A DNA stretch of 64,000 bases from Balanoglossus misakiensis (Eukaryota; Animalia; Hemichordata), in contig JBECUI020000032.1 in assembly GCA_040954595.2 (NCBI GenBank), positions 62,001-126,000 of the forward strand. Reading direction: 5' to 3'. Below, piece after piece: positions 50,256 through 60,798 of the stretch. Below the pieces are notes generated by a model. The model ran no database searches. It was not told the origin of the DNA and saw only the letters and a list, made by a program, of their open reading frames with translations. The stretch's first letter is position 1; every line of letters starts with the position of its first letter. The position numbers and the translations under genes are program-made.

Positions 50256-52628
50256 ATGCCTGCTTTCCCTCGAAGAATCTCTCCTCAAGAACTGGAGATA
50301 AGCACGAATATTCCCGATTCACCAGAAGAATCGGTGGATCTTAAAACCTGGGCCAATATAGGACAGCCCCGAGCAATAAAAGCCCTGGAGATGGGCATTG
50401 CTATCCGCGCCAAGGGGTATAACCTCTTCGTTGCCGGCGAACCAGGATCGGGACGTTATACAGCAGTTAAAAACATTCTGAATGAAAACAAGCACGAGAA
50501 TAAAAAACTCCTCGACATTGTCTATGTCCACAATTTCAGCGATCCCGACAAACCTCTGGCCTTGAGCTTCCCCCAAGGTAGCGCCAGAAAGTTTCGGAGA
50601 GACCTGAAGGCCCTAATAGAACGTTTCAATAACCAAATATCCCGGGCCCTAGATGGCGCTAACTATAAAAATCGCCGGGATGCCATGATTGCCGAGACAG
50701 AAGAGCGAGAGAACAAGATTCTTGCGGATTTTGAGTCTCGCCTGAGTCTTGCTGGATTCCGAACGGTCCAAACTTCTGACCATAACCAAGACCAGGCCAC
50801 CGATATTGTCCCCGTCATAAATGGGCAATCTGTTCCCTTCAGAGATCTGCAGGACTGGGTTTCTACTGGAAAAATCTCTGAGAGTTCCTGGAACGAAACG
50901 CGAAGGCTTTACTTTGTCTTCCTGGATGAAATGACAAGGATATACAGGGACCTCATGAAAAACCGAGAGGAACTTGAGAAAAATATTAAGAAACTCAAAC
51001 AGGACACCATTCGAAAGGATATCAACAGAGAAATCTCCATTTTAAAAGATCGCTGGGGCAAGGGGCCTGTCTCGGCCTATATAGAGCAGCTTCAAGAAGA
51101 TATCCTTAAAAATCCGGATTGGTTCACTCTTGAAAAAGACGAAGAAGAGACGCCGGATCTTGCCCTTCGCTATGGGGTGAATATTCTGGTGGATCGTTAC
51201 GGAGATCAGGGAACCCCAATAATCCAAGAAACCAACCCCACCCTGGCCAATCTTTTTGGTGTCATTGAGGCCAGATACGATATGACAGGGGAGTTGAAGA
51301 CCAACATCATGATGATACGAGTCGGTTCGCTCCTGCAGGCCAATGGAGGATTTCTCATCCTCCAGGCAGAGGACATCTTCGCAGAAGAAGATCTCTGGCA
51401 TAACTTCAAGCGTGTCCTGAAAACCAGGCAGGTAGAACCGGAAATCCAATCCTCTTCCCTGGGAGCTCTACCAATCCTCATGAAGCCTCAACCCATTGAC
51501 ATTGACGTCAAGGTGATTCTTATTGGTCCCGCCAGGCTCTATGAGAAGCTCTGTTGTCAAGATGAAGAATTTCAGAAGCTCTTTAAAATCGTAGCCGAAT
51601 TCAGCCCTGTCATGCCCCGCAACTCCCGTACCGAAGGGGCATACGCTTCTTTTATTAAAAGCTTAATTCGTTCTGAGAAACTCCGTCCGATTAGCATCGA
51701 TGGCATCCAGGAGGTCATCACCTATGGGATCCGTCTTGCAGGGCGTTTTGATCGACTTTCTACCCAGTTTGGATTGATCAGCGATATTCTCAGGGAAGCG
51801 AATTACAGCGCTGGGTGTGCCAGAAAAGAAGAAATTACTGTTCACGCCGTAAAGGAGGCCCTTCAAACACGAGCTTTCCTGGGAAATCTTCCCGAAGAGA
51901 ACCAAAACGAGCAAATTAAGGAAGGGACCTTACTCATCGACGTAAAGGGAGAGTCCATAGGAAGCGTTAACGGCCTGGCAGTTTTGGAAAGAGGATTCTA
52001 CACCTTCGGTAGTCCACTGAGAATTACCACCTCTGTGGGGGTAGGAAAGGAAGGGGTCATTAATATTGAAAGAGAAGCTGGACTTTCAGGAGAACTTCAC
52101 GATAAGGGCATATTCATCCTTGAAGGCTACCTTCGCTGGCGTTACTCCAGACACCAGCCCCTAAGTCTTACAGCAAGTTTGGCGGTGGAACAATCTTACT
52201 ATGAAATTGAAGGTGATTCCGCCGCTGCCGCCGAATTAGCCTCCATTCTGTCTGCTATTGGAGAAATTCCTGTACGACAGGACCTGGCCGTGACCGGTGC
52301 TGTGGACCAACGAGGAGTTTTGCTCCCTGTGGGGGGAATCCCTGAGAAGATTGAAGGATTTTTCAATTCCTGTGAAGCCGTGGGGCTTACCGGAACCCAG
52401 GGAGTGATTATTCCCTGGAGAAGCAGTAAAACAGCCATTTTGACTGACAAGGTGTTAAAAGCACTGAAGAAAAAGCAATTCCATGTGTGGTTAGCAGACA
52501 CCATTGACGAAGTTTTGACCCTGCTTAGTGGTAGGGTTGCAGGGAATTTAAAACGCAACGGCCGATTCCCTTTTAACAGCGTCAATGGGAGAATTGCCTA
52601 TGGTTTAAAAAAACTTGGTGAAATATGA
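50256..52628 (+). CDS. LonC-type Lon-family protease
   Basis: IGQPRA, degenerate Walker A GEPGSGR, NGLAV, EQSY.EIEGDSA (Ser), GGIPEKIEGF (Lys). Confidence 0.9.
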   Translation: MPAFPRRISPQELEISTNIPDSPEESVDLKTWANIGQPRAIKALEMGIAIRAKGYNLFVAGEPGSGRYTAVKNILNENKHENKKLLDIVYVHNFSDPDKPLALSFPQGSARKFRRDLKALIERFNNQISRALDGANYKNRRDAMIAETEERENKILADFESRLSLAGFRTVQTSDHNQDQATDIVPVINGQSVPFRDLQDWVSTGKISESSWNETRRLYFVFLDEMTRIYRDLMKNREELEKNIKKLKQDTIRKDINREISILKDRWGKGPVSAYIEQLQEDILKNPDWFTLEKDEEETPDLALRYGVNILVDRYGDQGTPIIQETNPTLANLFGVIEARYDMTGELKTNIMMIRVGSLLQANGGFLILQAEDIFAEEDLWHNFKRVLKTRQVEPEIQSSSLGALPILMKPQPIDIDVKVILIGPARLYEKLCCQDEEFQKLFKIVAEFSPVMPRNSRTEGAYASFIKSLIRSEKLRPISIDGIQEVITYGIRLAGRFDRLSTQFGLISDILREANYSAGCARKEEITVHAVKEALQTRAFLGNLPEENQNEQIKEGTLLIDVKGESIGSVNGLAVLERGFYTFGSPLRITTSVGVGKEGVINIEREAGLSGELHDKGIFILEGYLRWRYSRHQPLSLTASLAVEQSYYEIEGDSAAAAELASILSAIGEIPVRQDLAVTGAVDQRGVLLPVGGIPEKIEGFFNSCEAVGLTGTQGVIIPWRSSKTAILTDKVLKALKKKQFHVWLADTIDEVLTLLSGRVAGNLKRNGRFPFNSVNGRIAYGLKKLGEI

Positions 52629-52724
52629 TTTGTGTTTTTTTTACTTATCAACTATACTTGCTATGCTTAGTAGTAGGGAAGTTGTTGTATCATTCTACTA
52701 TTATACTGAATTTAAGGTGCTCGG

Positions 52725-54206
52725 ATGTCAAATTCTCAAATACTTAACAAAATAAAACAATCGGTAAAAGAGTCCACACCCCTTATCTTTACCACGTATA
52801 TCATGCCCTATGAGACAGAAAGGGAAATAGAGGAGATTGTGGCGGCCTACCTTGAGGAACTGGGGCAATCTCAACTAAAGGACCATCTTATATACTGCGT
52901 TCGGGAATTGGCTGCCAATGCCAAAAAAGCCAACACTAAGCGCGTCTACTTTGAAAACAAAAAATTGGATATTTCTAGTACAGATGACTACAAAAAAGGA
53001 ATGCAAACCTTTAAAAAGGATACTCTTGAAAATCATAACTACTGGTTGAATCTTCAAAAACAATATGGGCTTTATATCAAGTTTATCTTTCATCCTTATG
53101 GACGTGACTTCAAAATTTCTATTCGCAACAATGTAGAAATTACAAGAAAAGAGCAGATGAGGGTCTACGACCGTATTGCCCGATCCAGGGTTTTTAAGAC
53201 TCTCGATGAAGTATTTGCCGAGGTCCTTGATGATTCTGAGGGAGCTGGACTGGGCATCGTTATCCTTATCCTCATGCTCCGTAAGATGGGACTAAAAGAA
53301 GATGCCTACGAAATTGAAGGAGACAATGGCTTTACCGTCAGCAGCATAACCATACCCATTAACCATGTAAAACTCCAGAAAATGGAAATGCTGATGAACC
53401 AGATTGTCAACGAGATTGATCATCTTCCTAAATTTCCAGAAAACATTGTGGCCATCCAGAAACTTATCAATGATTCCAAGAGCAAAATAAGCGATATAGC
53501 CAGAAAAATCAGCACTGACCCTACTCTGACCGCTGATCTCCTGAAAACCGTCAATTCCGCCCAATTCATGCTCCCTAACAAGGTGGATAACATTGTTGAA
53601 GCTGTGAAGTTATTGGGGCTCCGTGGAGTCAAAAACATGCTCTTTAATCACGGGGCGGAGAAGCTTTTGGATATGTCCACCTACAAGGATTTGTGGAATC
53701 ATGCCCACCGTGTGGCTTTTTATAGCTTCAACCTGGCCCATCAAATAACCAGAAGTCGCGATATCTTAGAAGACGCCTATGTGGGAGGGATCCTTCACGA
53801 TATCGGAAAAATCATCTTCGCTGCCGTGCATCCGGGTCTTCAAGAAAAAATCAAGAGCTTCAGTGAGACAAAAGATATTTCAGCCAGTCTCTTTGAAGAT
53901 CTGGCCTCAGGCTACAATCACGCCGAAATTGGGGCTAAGGTCGCTGAGAAATGGAACTTCTCTGAATCTCTTGTGAACTCTATTCGCTTTCATCACTCGC
54001 CAAACGACTGCCAACCGGAAAACAGACTCATTGTTTATTGCATCTATTTGGGTAACGCTATTTGTTCCTACTCCACCAATCGCTTGAGCTTTGATCAGTT
54101 CGATCATTCTATATTGGCTATGTTTAGAATTACCACAGAGGAGCAGTTGAAGGAAATAGAGCAACGCCTCATTCACGATTATGACACGGAACTAAACGCA
54201 TCGTAG
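52725..54206 (+). CDS. HDOD domain protein with an N-terminal HATPase-like domain
   Basis: ELAANAKKAN, GAGLG; LPKFP, DPTLTADLLKTVNSA, GILHDIGK, HAEIGA..AEKW. Confidence 0.9.
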   Translation: MSNSQILNKIKQSVKESTPLIFTTYIMPYETEREIEEIVAAYLEELGQSQLKDHLIYCVRELAANAKKANTKRVYFENKKLDISSTDDYKKGMQTFKKDTLENHNYWLNLQKQYGLYIKFIFHPYGRDFKISIRNNVEITRKEQMRVYDRIARSRVFKTLDEVFAEVLDDSEGAGLGIVILILMLRKMGLKEDAYEIEGDNGFTVSSITIPINHVKLQKMEMLMNQIVNEIDHLPKFPENIVAIQKLINDSKSKISDIARKISTDPTLTADLLKTVNSAQFMLPNKVDNIVEAVKLLGLRGVKNMLFNHGAEKLLDMSTYKDLWNHAHRVAFYSFNLAHQITRSRDILEDAYVGGILHDIGKIIFAAVHPGLQEKIKSFSETKDISASLFEDLASGYNHAEIGAKVAEKWNFSESLVNSIRFHHSPNDCQPENRLIVYCIYLGNAICSYSTNRLSFDQFDHSILAMFRITTEEQLKEIEQRLIHDYDTELNAS

Positions 54207-54389
54207 AAACCCCGAGAGCCCCTTTAGGATGTTTTAACTTTCTTGGACGATTGGAATGGGGAGATAAGCCAATATCGGCAAATGAGAGAAACTATCTATA
54301 AAAGAATGCCTGGCCATCGGAGGCCTTCATAGAAATAATACGGAAAGTTTAGTTTGGAGTAATGAGGGGGGGACACTCTAAAAGGAGTA

Positions 54390-54674
54390 TCAGATATCGA
54401 AGACCTCCATGAGTCTATCGGCTACCTTTGATACAAGCACATCGTTTATGTAGTTTGGATCCTGAAGCTTTGCTTTTATTTCTTCTACCCTATCCATACG
54501 GATTGCAGGGCTTTGCTTGACTACCTCAGCAATTTTCTGAATATCAGCCGTTCGGCGGGCTTCTTTTGAGAGAGCTACCGAGTCCACAGGCTCCTTTGTA
54601 GTAACCTTCGCTAATTTTTCCTTCTTGCTATGCTTAGCGATTGGATCAATCGGTTCAACTCTTTCGATGGTCAT
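54390..54674 (-). CDS. flgM: Anti-sigma28 factor FlgM
   Basis: DSVALSKEA...IRMDRVEEIKAKL...VADRL; sigma28 promoter upstream. Confidence 0.88.
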   Translation of the reverse strand: MTIERVEPIDPIAKHSKKEKLAKVTTKEPVDSVALSKEARRTADIQKIAEVVKQSPAIRMDRVEEIKAKLQDPNYINDVLVSKVADRLMEVFDI

Positions 54675-54702
54675 CTCTGCTCCTCATGCCCACTACTTCA
54701 AA

Positions 54703-54729
54703 ATATCGGCATTGACTCTTTAATGTTAA
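54703..54729 (-). promoter_or_regulatory. Sigma28 (FliA) promoter of flgM
   Basis: TTAA-N15-GCCGATAT, overlapping the rsmI stop. Confidence 0.7.
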
Positions 54730-55409
54730 TCTTTTTTCCAATTCTCGACAATAAGAGTAAACTCCCCTTTGATGTTTTTTCGGGAATTCCATTCAATAAA
54801 GGCCTCCTCAGCCTTCCCTAACCAGAATTCCTCATGCTTCTTTGTCATTTCCCTTCCCAGGAAAATCTTTCTTTTCGGTACTAGGGTAGCTAAAACTTCC
54901 AGCAGCTTCACAATGCGGTAAGGCGATTCATAAAGAACAAAGGCAAAACCACTCTCAAGAAGTTTTTTCAGCCTTTCCAAGCGACGTCCCGCCTTAGGAG
55001 ACAGGAAGCCCTCAAATATATAACCCTTTCCCCCAAAACCGGCAACACTCACCAGAGTGGTAACGGCAGAGGCACCAGGAAGCGGCACAACCAGATGCCC
55101 TGTATCCCTGACATAGTTTACCAGAAACTTTCCCGGATCACTGATGCCAGGAGTCCCTGCATCAGAAACATAAGCAATATCATACCCCTCATCGAGGAGT
55201 TTGACAAGACCCTTGGCACTTTCTTTTTCGTTCCAGGCCCGACAGCTCAACACTGTCTCTGGGTGTATGTTGTAGCTGTTCAGAAGCTTCCTGGACTGAC
55301 GGGTATCCTCAGCGGCAACAATCCTGACTTCTTTTAGGATACGGGCTGCCCGGTAGCTGAGGTCTTCGAGGTTCCCGATTGGCGTAGCAACAATATAGAG
55401 AGTGGACAC
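54726..55409 (-). CDS. rsmI: 16S rRNA C1402 2'-O-methyltransferase
   Basis: LYIVATPIGNLED, AAEDTR, SDAGTPGISDPG, YESPYR, REMTKKHEE. Confidence 0.96.
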   Translation of the reverse strand: MSTLYIVATPIGNLEDLSYRAARILKEVRIVAAEDTRQSRKLLNSYNIHPETVLSCRAWNEKESAKGLVKLLDEGYDIAYVSDAGTPGISDPGKFLVNYVRDTGHLVVPLPGASAVTTLVSVAGFGGKGYIFEGFLSPKAGRRLERLKKLLESGFAFVLYESPYRIVKLLEVLATLVPKRKIFLGREMTKKHEEFWLGKAEEAFIEWNSRKNIKGEFTLIVENWKKD

Positions 55410-55519
55410 ATTGAGGAGTATACACATTATCGAAGTTCTGGTCTGACCGAGCAGGTTGAAGACAAGAAGATTCTGGTCTTTTCTTATCTTTTATGTCAGT
55501 ATTCAGTAAAGGAGTTTCT

Positions 55520-56896
55520 ATGCCCGTTTTTGTCAATCGCCTTCTTGATCTTAAAAAAATTAAGCTCATTGGTTTTGATATGGACTATACACTGGTGGCT
55601 TACCACACCGAATTTTTCGAGGGACTTACCCATAAATTAGCAAAAAAACGTCTAGTAGAAAAGGAAGGCTACCCAAAAGCCGTCAAGAAGCTGAATTTTG
55701 ACTACAATAGGGCCATAATGGGCCTGGTTATCGACAAATTGAGTGGACATTTGCTCAAACTCAACCGTTTTGGGAAAGTAAAAACAGCCTTTCATGGTCT
55801 CAAGAAGATTGACTTCCGAGAACAGGCGGCACTTTATCGGGACCGTGTTATTGATATTAGAGAACCGGAGTTCGTAAGCTTAGATACTGCCTTTGCCATT
55901 TCCAATGGGGTGCTCTTTGCCCAGCTGGTGCAGCTCAAGAAGGAAGGTGTCCTCTTACCAGACTACTTCCATCTTGTGGACGATATTTTCCGAACAATTG
56001 AGGAGCTTCACAAGGACGGCACCCTTAAGGCGGAGCTTAGGAAAGACTTTCCCCGCTATGTTTTAAAAGACAATAACGTTGTGCCCATGTTGGAACGTTT
56101 TAAAGCTTATGGTAAAAAGCTGATGATCATTACCAATTCCGACTATATTTATAGTAAAGATCTTCTGGAATATGCCCTAGATCCCCACCTGGTTCACCAT
56201 AAAAGTTGGCAAGATCTCTTTGATATAGTCATTACCTTTGCGGAGAAACCCCTATTTTTCCAACGTCAGGCTTTATTCCTTTCGGTGGACCCCGTAACGG
56301 GTTTGCTAAGTAACTACACCGGCTCTGTCACTTCGGGCATTTATCAGGGAGGATGGTATGGAAAGCTCCAGAATGATCTGGAACTTTCCGGGAATGAGAT
56401 TCTTTATTTGGGGGATCATATATACGGCGATGTAGTGTCCATCAAGAAGCTCTGTGATTGGCGAACCGCCCTGGTTCTTGGGGGACTGGGAGAAGAAATT
56501 CTGGCCATAAAAAAGGCCCTCCCGGTACAAAAAGAAATTGATCAGTTAATGGCCCGGATAACCGAACTAGAACAGAAACTCTACGCCGAAGATCTCCGTC
56601 GTTACGAGCAGCGAGGCAGTAATGAAGACCAGAAAGGGAAATACCTTGCTGATCTGGAAAGTCTGAATACCCAGGTCAGTGTTCTTTTAGACAAGCTCAG
56701 AAGGTATTTCAATCCCTACTGGGGAGAAATACTCCGAGCTGGTTACGAAGAAAGTCGTTATGCCGACCAGTTAGAACGGTATGCTTGTATTTACATGACC
56801 AGAGTTTCTGATCTTTACTCCTACTCCCCCCGCACTTACTTTCGTCCTTCCCATCACTACCTGCCTCATGAAAACCTGGGGGATCTGGAAGTATAA
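55520..56896 (+). CDS. HAD-IG family 5'-nucleotidase (cN-II-like)
   Basis: GFDMDYTL, ITNS, AEKP.FF, LYLGDHIYGDV, RYACIY; AAGGAG RBS before ATG 55520. Confidence 0.93.
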   Translation: MPVFVNRLLDLKKIKLIGFDMDYTLVAYHTEFFEGLTHKLAKKRLVEKEGYPKAVKKLNFDYNRAIMGLVIDKLSGHLLKLNRFGKVKTAFHGLKKIDFREQAALYRDRVIDIREPEFVSLDTAFAISNGVLFAQLVQLKKEGVLLPDYFHLVDDIFRTIEELHKDGTLKAELRKDFPRYVLKDNNVVPMLERFKAYGKKLMIITNSDYIYSKDLLEYALDPHLVHHKSWQDLFDIVITFAEKPLFFQRQALFLSVDPVTGLLSNYTGSVTSGIYQGGWYGKLQNDLELSGNEILYLGDHIYGDVVSIKKLCDWRTALVLGGLGEEILAIKKALPVQKEIDQLMARITELEQKLYAEDLRRYEQRGSNEDQKGKYLADLESLNTQVSVLLDKLRRYFNPYWGEILRAGYEESRYADQLERYACIYMTRVSDLYSYSPRTYFRPSHHYLPHENLGDLEV

Positions 56897-57006
56897 GTCT
56901 AAGGTTTCAACGGTGTAATTACTGAGTTGGTCCTTCCTTTCCGGAACTTCTGAAGTTAGATTTCCTCTTGTCGGTCAGGAGGAGAAAAGGTCAAGTATTG
57001 GAAGAA

Positions 57007-58116
57007 TCAGTTAGAGCTTAAGGTCTTCTTCTTTTCTGTAATCTGCTTTTCCTTCTTGAGAAGTGTCTTCTTTAGTCCCTTAAGACTTGTTTCGTTTTCT
57101 TGAATATGTTTTACCAGAGTCGCAATTTTAGCTTCCAATTCAACCTTGTCCTTTTCCATGAGTAGAAGTTCACGACGGATCTGCAGTTCCTTAAGATTCT
57201 TCTTGCTTTGCTCAATTCGCTCATGAATCGCTTTTACCTCATCTATTTTTTGAATAAGGTTTTTATCTTCCGTAGGAAGGGGGCTTGCAAACCAATTTTC
57301 TCCAAGCCGGAGGTAGATTCGGTTCCGTTCCTGACGAATTGTCTCTGTTCTATCCTTTAGCAAGGAGATTTTATGTTTGGTGCTTATACCTCCAGGCTGT
57401 TCCTTCATAAAGACCGAGATTTCAGCTTGTTCAGCCTTGAGAATGTCCTTTTTCTCTTCAATATCCTGAATTTCTTTTTCGATGGTCTTAAGCTCTGCAG
57501 CTGGAGCAGCAATGGCCGGATCGGAAAGTCTCATCAGCTTCTCTTCTGCCTCTAAGCTGGTTCCTACCTTTCTGTAAAGCTTGATCTGGAAGTTCGTTAT
57601 AGTCTTTCTGCGGTTTTCAAGAATCAGCTTCTGCCCCTTGCTCAACAGCTCAGGGACTTTTCCACCCTTCTCTTTGCCTCGAAGCCTAAGGAGTTCATCT
57701 TCAATGGATTCCAGACGTTTCCTTGAATCCTGGAGCTCTGAAAAAAGGGGTTCCAGTTCGTAATCGCTGTCTCCATCAGCTTGAAAGTTCTTCCATGCGG
57801 CACTTCCCAGAGCTTCTAAGTTCTTCATTTTTTTGTCACTGAGAACTTGCAGACCTTTCGTCAAATCCTTGTTTTCTTCCTGGATTTGCTCCAGACGTCT
57901 GGATTTTTCCAGAATCTCTTCAATACTATCATTCAGGGAAGCAATGATCTTTTCTTTTTCTCGGATTCTAACTGCCATTTGCCCAAAGGGTTCATCTTTT
58001 TTTTCAGAGGCGTCCACACTAGTCTGGCCTAAAATGATTAAGGCTTCTTCTTTACGTTTTTGCTCATCTAGAAGCTTGCTCTGTTCCTTCTGGATTTCAT
58101 TGTCAATTTTCTGCAT
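57007..58116 (-). CDS. Coiled-coil hypothetical protein
   Basis: 369-aa Glu/Lys/Leu-rich helical ORF directly after the OmpA gene. Confidence 0.75.
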   Translation of the reverse strand: MQKIDNEIQKEQSKLLDEQKRKEEALIILGQTSVDASEKKDEPFGQMAVRIREKEKIIASLNDSIEEILEKSRRLEQIQEENKDLTKGLQVLSDKKMKNLEALGSAAWKNFQADGDSDYELEPLFSELQDSRKRLESIEDELLRLRGKEKGGKVPELLSKGQKLILENRRKTITNFQIKLYRKVGTSLEAEEKLMRLSDPAIAAPAAELKTIEKEIQDIEEKKDILKAEQAEISVFMKEQPGGISTKHKISLLKDRTETIRQERNRIYLRLGENWFASPLPTEDKNLIQKIDEVKAIHERIEQSKKNLKELQIRRELLLMEKDKVELEAKIATLVKHIQENETSLKGLKKTLLKKEKQITEKKKTLSSN

Positions 58117-58117
58117 G

Positions 58118-59308
58118 TCAATTCTCCATTATGATAATTTCTACCCGTCGATTTTTCTGTCTGCCTTGTTCGGTGCGATTATCCCCCACAGGTTGTCGTG
58201 CTCCCATACCACGAATCACAACCTCTTCTGCTCTGCGTATGCCGTTGTGAAGGAAATACTTTGCCACCGCTGCTGCTCTTTCTTCAGAAAGTAGTTGCCC
58301 AGTCTCTCCAGAAACTCTGGCCGTATGCCCAGTTATCATAATATCTCTTCCTGGATATTTTTCAAGGACATGCCCTATTTTTTGTAGCTTTTTGGTTTCT
58401 TGCGGCAACATGTCTGCTCTGTTGGAAAAGAAAAGGATATCTTCCAGAATGACCTTAACCCCTTCGTCCACCACTTCCACCCCCACATTGTCAATTTGCT
58501 CTATCTCTTTTGTCAGAGCGTCTTTGTCCATGGGAGTAGTAAAAGTGGATTCCCCTTTCGAAAGTCCACGGAAGGACCAGAATTCTGCGTTATCAAGAAA
58601 GAAATTATACTGAAACATGCCCTCAGAAGCGTAGGGTTTCCCTGCCTCAAGATCCCACCAGATACGGATTTCGACATTACCCTCAATAAATTGGGGACGG
58701 GGACTGGGCCAACGGGAATACTCTGGAGTGCCGGGGCGGAGAAACCAGTCAAAATCGTACTGTATTGTGAGCATTTCTACATGGTGCCCGTCTTTGACCT
58801 GAGGCCCTTCGTAGACATACTGAGCACTGACTTCCATGGGCAGAAATTCATTGATCCCAAAATGGGGAGCCAGGTCAAAGACTTCTATTCCTTGGGAACT
58901 CCAGCTATCTCCAGGGTTGAGAGAATAGTTGGGGAAAAAAGGTATATTCCTTACGGGGGGGATGATACTTTGGGGATCATGAAGGCTGATACGGCCCTGT
59001 TCATCCCGATCAAACTGCGAAGTCAGATCCACCGACCAGATATAGGTTTCTTCTTCGGAAAACCGTTCGGCAATTCTGTAAGATGCTGCAATGGTTCCCT
59101 GCCCTCCCTTTGAGGAGAGAACCTCGGCAGCAATGCGATTAAGGATTTCAGATTCGTAGAGTAGCTCTCCGTTTAAAAGAACCTCTTCTTGAACCGTGGC
59201 AGTAATATGCCATTGCTCGCCTGTGCGATGATGGAATTTCAACTCCACGGCGTCCAAAGGCAGAGACAGCGGCATTATCAGAGCACAAAGAAGCAATCTA
59301 CACTTCAC
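58118..59308 (-). CDS. OmpA-family protein (C-terminal peptidoglycan-binding domain)
   Basis: ITGHTA...LSEERAAAV...GARQPVGDN...NRRVEI; GTG start at 59308 with a signal peptide. Confidence 0.9.
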   Translation of the reverse strand: MKCRLLLCALIMPLSLPLDAVELKFHHRTGEQWHITATVQEEVLLNGELLYESEILNRIAAEVLSSKGGQGTIAASYRIAERFSEEETYIWSVDLTSQFDRDEQGRISLHDPQSIIPPVRNIPFFPNYSLNPGDSWSSQGIEVFDLAPHFGINEFLPMEVSAQYVYEGPQVKDGHHVEMLTIQYDFDWFLRPGTPEYSRWPSPRPQFIEGNVEIRIWWDLEAGKPYASEGMFQYNFFLDNAEFWSFRGLSKGESTFTTPMDKDALTKEIEQIDNVGVEVVDEGVKVILEDILFFSNRADMLPQETKKLQKIGHVLEKYPGRDIMITGHTARVSGETGQLLSEERAAAVAKYFLHNGIRRAEEVVIRGMGARQPVGDNRTEQGRQKNRRVEIIIMEN

Positions 59309-59327
59309 ATAATGAATAGACAAACTA

Positions 59328-59351
59328 CCCCCCCCCTCTATCATTATACCA
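59328..59351 (-). promoter_or_regulatory. Extended -10 promoter with a G9 tract at the predicted +1
   Basis: TGGTATAAT-gataga-GGGGGGGGG. Confidence 0.55.
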
Positions 59352-59414
59352 TTTGATACAAAACTCAATACATCGGGATGACCTTATTGGTGATTTCCTG
59401 AGACAAATTTTCAT

Positions 59415-60392
59415 TCAGCCCAGGGTTCCCAGGAGAATCAGCAACAGTGTGAAATTCATGGAAAGTCCTAACACAAAAGACGTCACGGCAATACAATCAG
59501 CTACCAGAATCTGTCTTCTGTAGGAATGTAACGTGAACGATTTGGTATCCATAGGAATTTCATCTCCCCAGTCGACTAGCAGTTCGGAAGACCCGGAAGA
59601 CCTTAAGAAGGTTCCCAGGTGGAAGTAATCCCGTTCTCCCCGCAGGTTTCGTCCACGCCGCCAGTAAGTAAGATAGACCAGAGAGAAAAAGACTCCTGGA
59701 GGCAGTAGGGGGAGAAGGGGAATTAAGGCGCTGGCAAAGATCAGCCGGCTGGTTCCTTGATAAAGAGGAGGAAAAAAGGTCATCGTAGCCAGAACGAGCA
59801 AGAGCACAGAACCCAAACAAAGGGACCAGGGCGTAAGAACATTCCAGTATTCATTCCTATGCCGTCCCGACCAGATTGCCCGGGGAATAACAAAATCTCC
59901 ATCGTAGAGAATGGCCAGGAGAGGATCCTCTTGTGTTCCATAAAACGATAACCGGTCTTTCTGTTGCTTTAAAGGCCCGGTAAGATAGATCTGTGTCCCT
60001 TCAGGTATGGAAGTGATTTGTTGCCAGGACCGCCGCAGCGGGATCTCATCTTGAACTTCTTCTTCCAAAATTTTTTTTAGGCTTGGTACTTTTTTTCTAA
60101 GGGGAGAAAGAAAATAAATCTCTGCGTCGGTCATATCAGCACAAACAGAAATATTTTCACCTTTTAACCAAAGAAGATTCTTTTCCTGAGTTGCTTCTAT
60201 CAGACCTAGAAAACGATGCAGTCCCATAGGACGGTCAGTACCGGAAGAAGAATATTGCGCATGGGGTTTCAGAGCTGAATGCATAACGATTCTCCGAAAA
60301 CGGCGCCAACGCCTTGTTACATGAATGCCCCCCAGAATGGGGATGAGTAAGTAAAAGAAAAGGGCTGTCAGGGTAGCTAGAACAAGGACCAT
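59415..60392 (-). CDS. Hypothetical membrane protein
   Basis: 325 aa with four hydrophobic segments; GRHRNEYWN motif. Confidence 0.7.
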   Translation of the reverse strand: MVLVLATLTALFFYLLIPILGGIHVTRRWRRFRRIVMHSALKPHAQYSSSGTDRPMGLHRFLGLIEATQEKNLLWLKGENISVCADMTDAEIYFLSPLRKKVPSLKKILEEEVQDEIPLRRSWQQITSIPEGTQIYLTGPLKQQKDRLSFYGTQEDPLLAILYDGDFVIPRAIWSGRHRNEYWNVLTPWSLCLGSVLLLVLATMTFFPPLYQGTSRLIFASALIPLLPLLPPGVFFSLVYLTYWRRGRNLRGERDYFHLGTFLRSSGSSELLVDWGDEIPMDTKSFTLHSYRRQILVADCIAVTSFVLGLSMNFTLLLILLGTLG

Positions 60393-60393
60393 T

Positions 60394-60780
60394 TCATGCC
60401 CGAATATTAAGACTCAGCCCTGCCGTGACAGCTCCTGGTAAAGTACCAAAATTTTCTGGGGATGCGACAAGGACCTGATGAAGCTCGCTTGCGTAAATTT
60501 CAATAAGTTCTTGGGTACCCATGCCGGAAGATTTGGAAATTTTCACTTCCCCGGAGGTGTTCCTGTCTATGCTTCTCAAGTTTTCGATACGGCGATTCAG
60601 TGCGTAAATTTCGACAAGAGGCAGTGTTTCTCGTTTCTTTTCTTCCAGATTTTCTACAATATAGCGATATTGAGCATAGACTGTAACTCCCGTTTGCTTA
60701 GGAATAGTAGAATGATTTTCGAGGTCTTGTATCGTCGTTTTGTATGACCCTTGGTAAATGCCGAGATTTCCAGTCCGCAT
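60394..60780 (-). CDS. Hypothetical protein, probably in the sigma28 regulon
   Basis: GGAG RBS; C-terminal GLSLNIRA; sigma28-like promoter upstream. Confidence 0.7.
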   Translation of the reverse strand: MRTGNLGIYQGSYKTTIQDLENHSTIPKQTGVTVYAQYRYIVENLEEKKRETLPLVEIYALNRRIENLRSIDRNTSGEVKISKSSGMGTQELIEIYASELHQVLVASPENFGTLPGAVTAGLSLNIRA

Positions 60781-60798
60781 ATCTATCTCCCTAGTTCC

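Noticed and set aside
50256-52628. Degenerate Walker A in the Lon-like protease as a novelty
   Set aside because: Expected for the LonC subfamily
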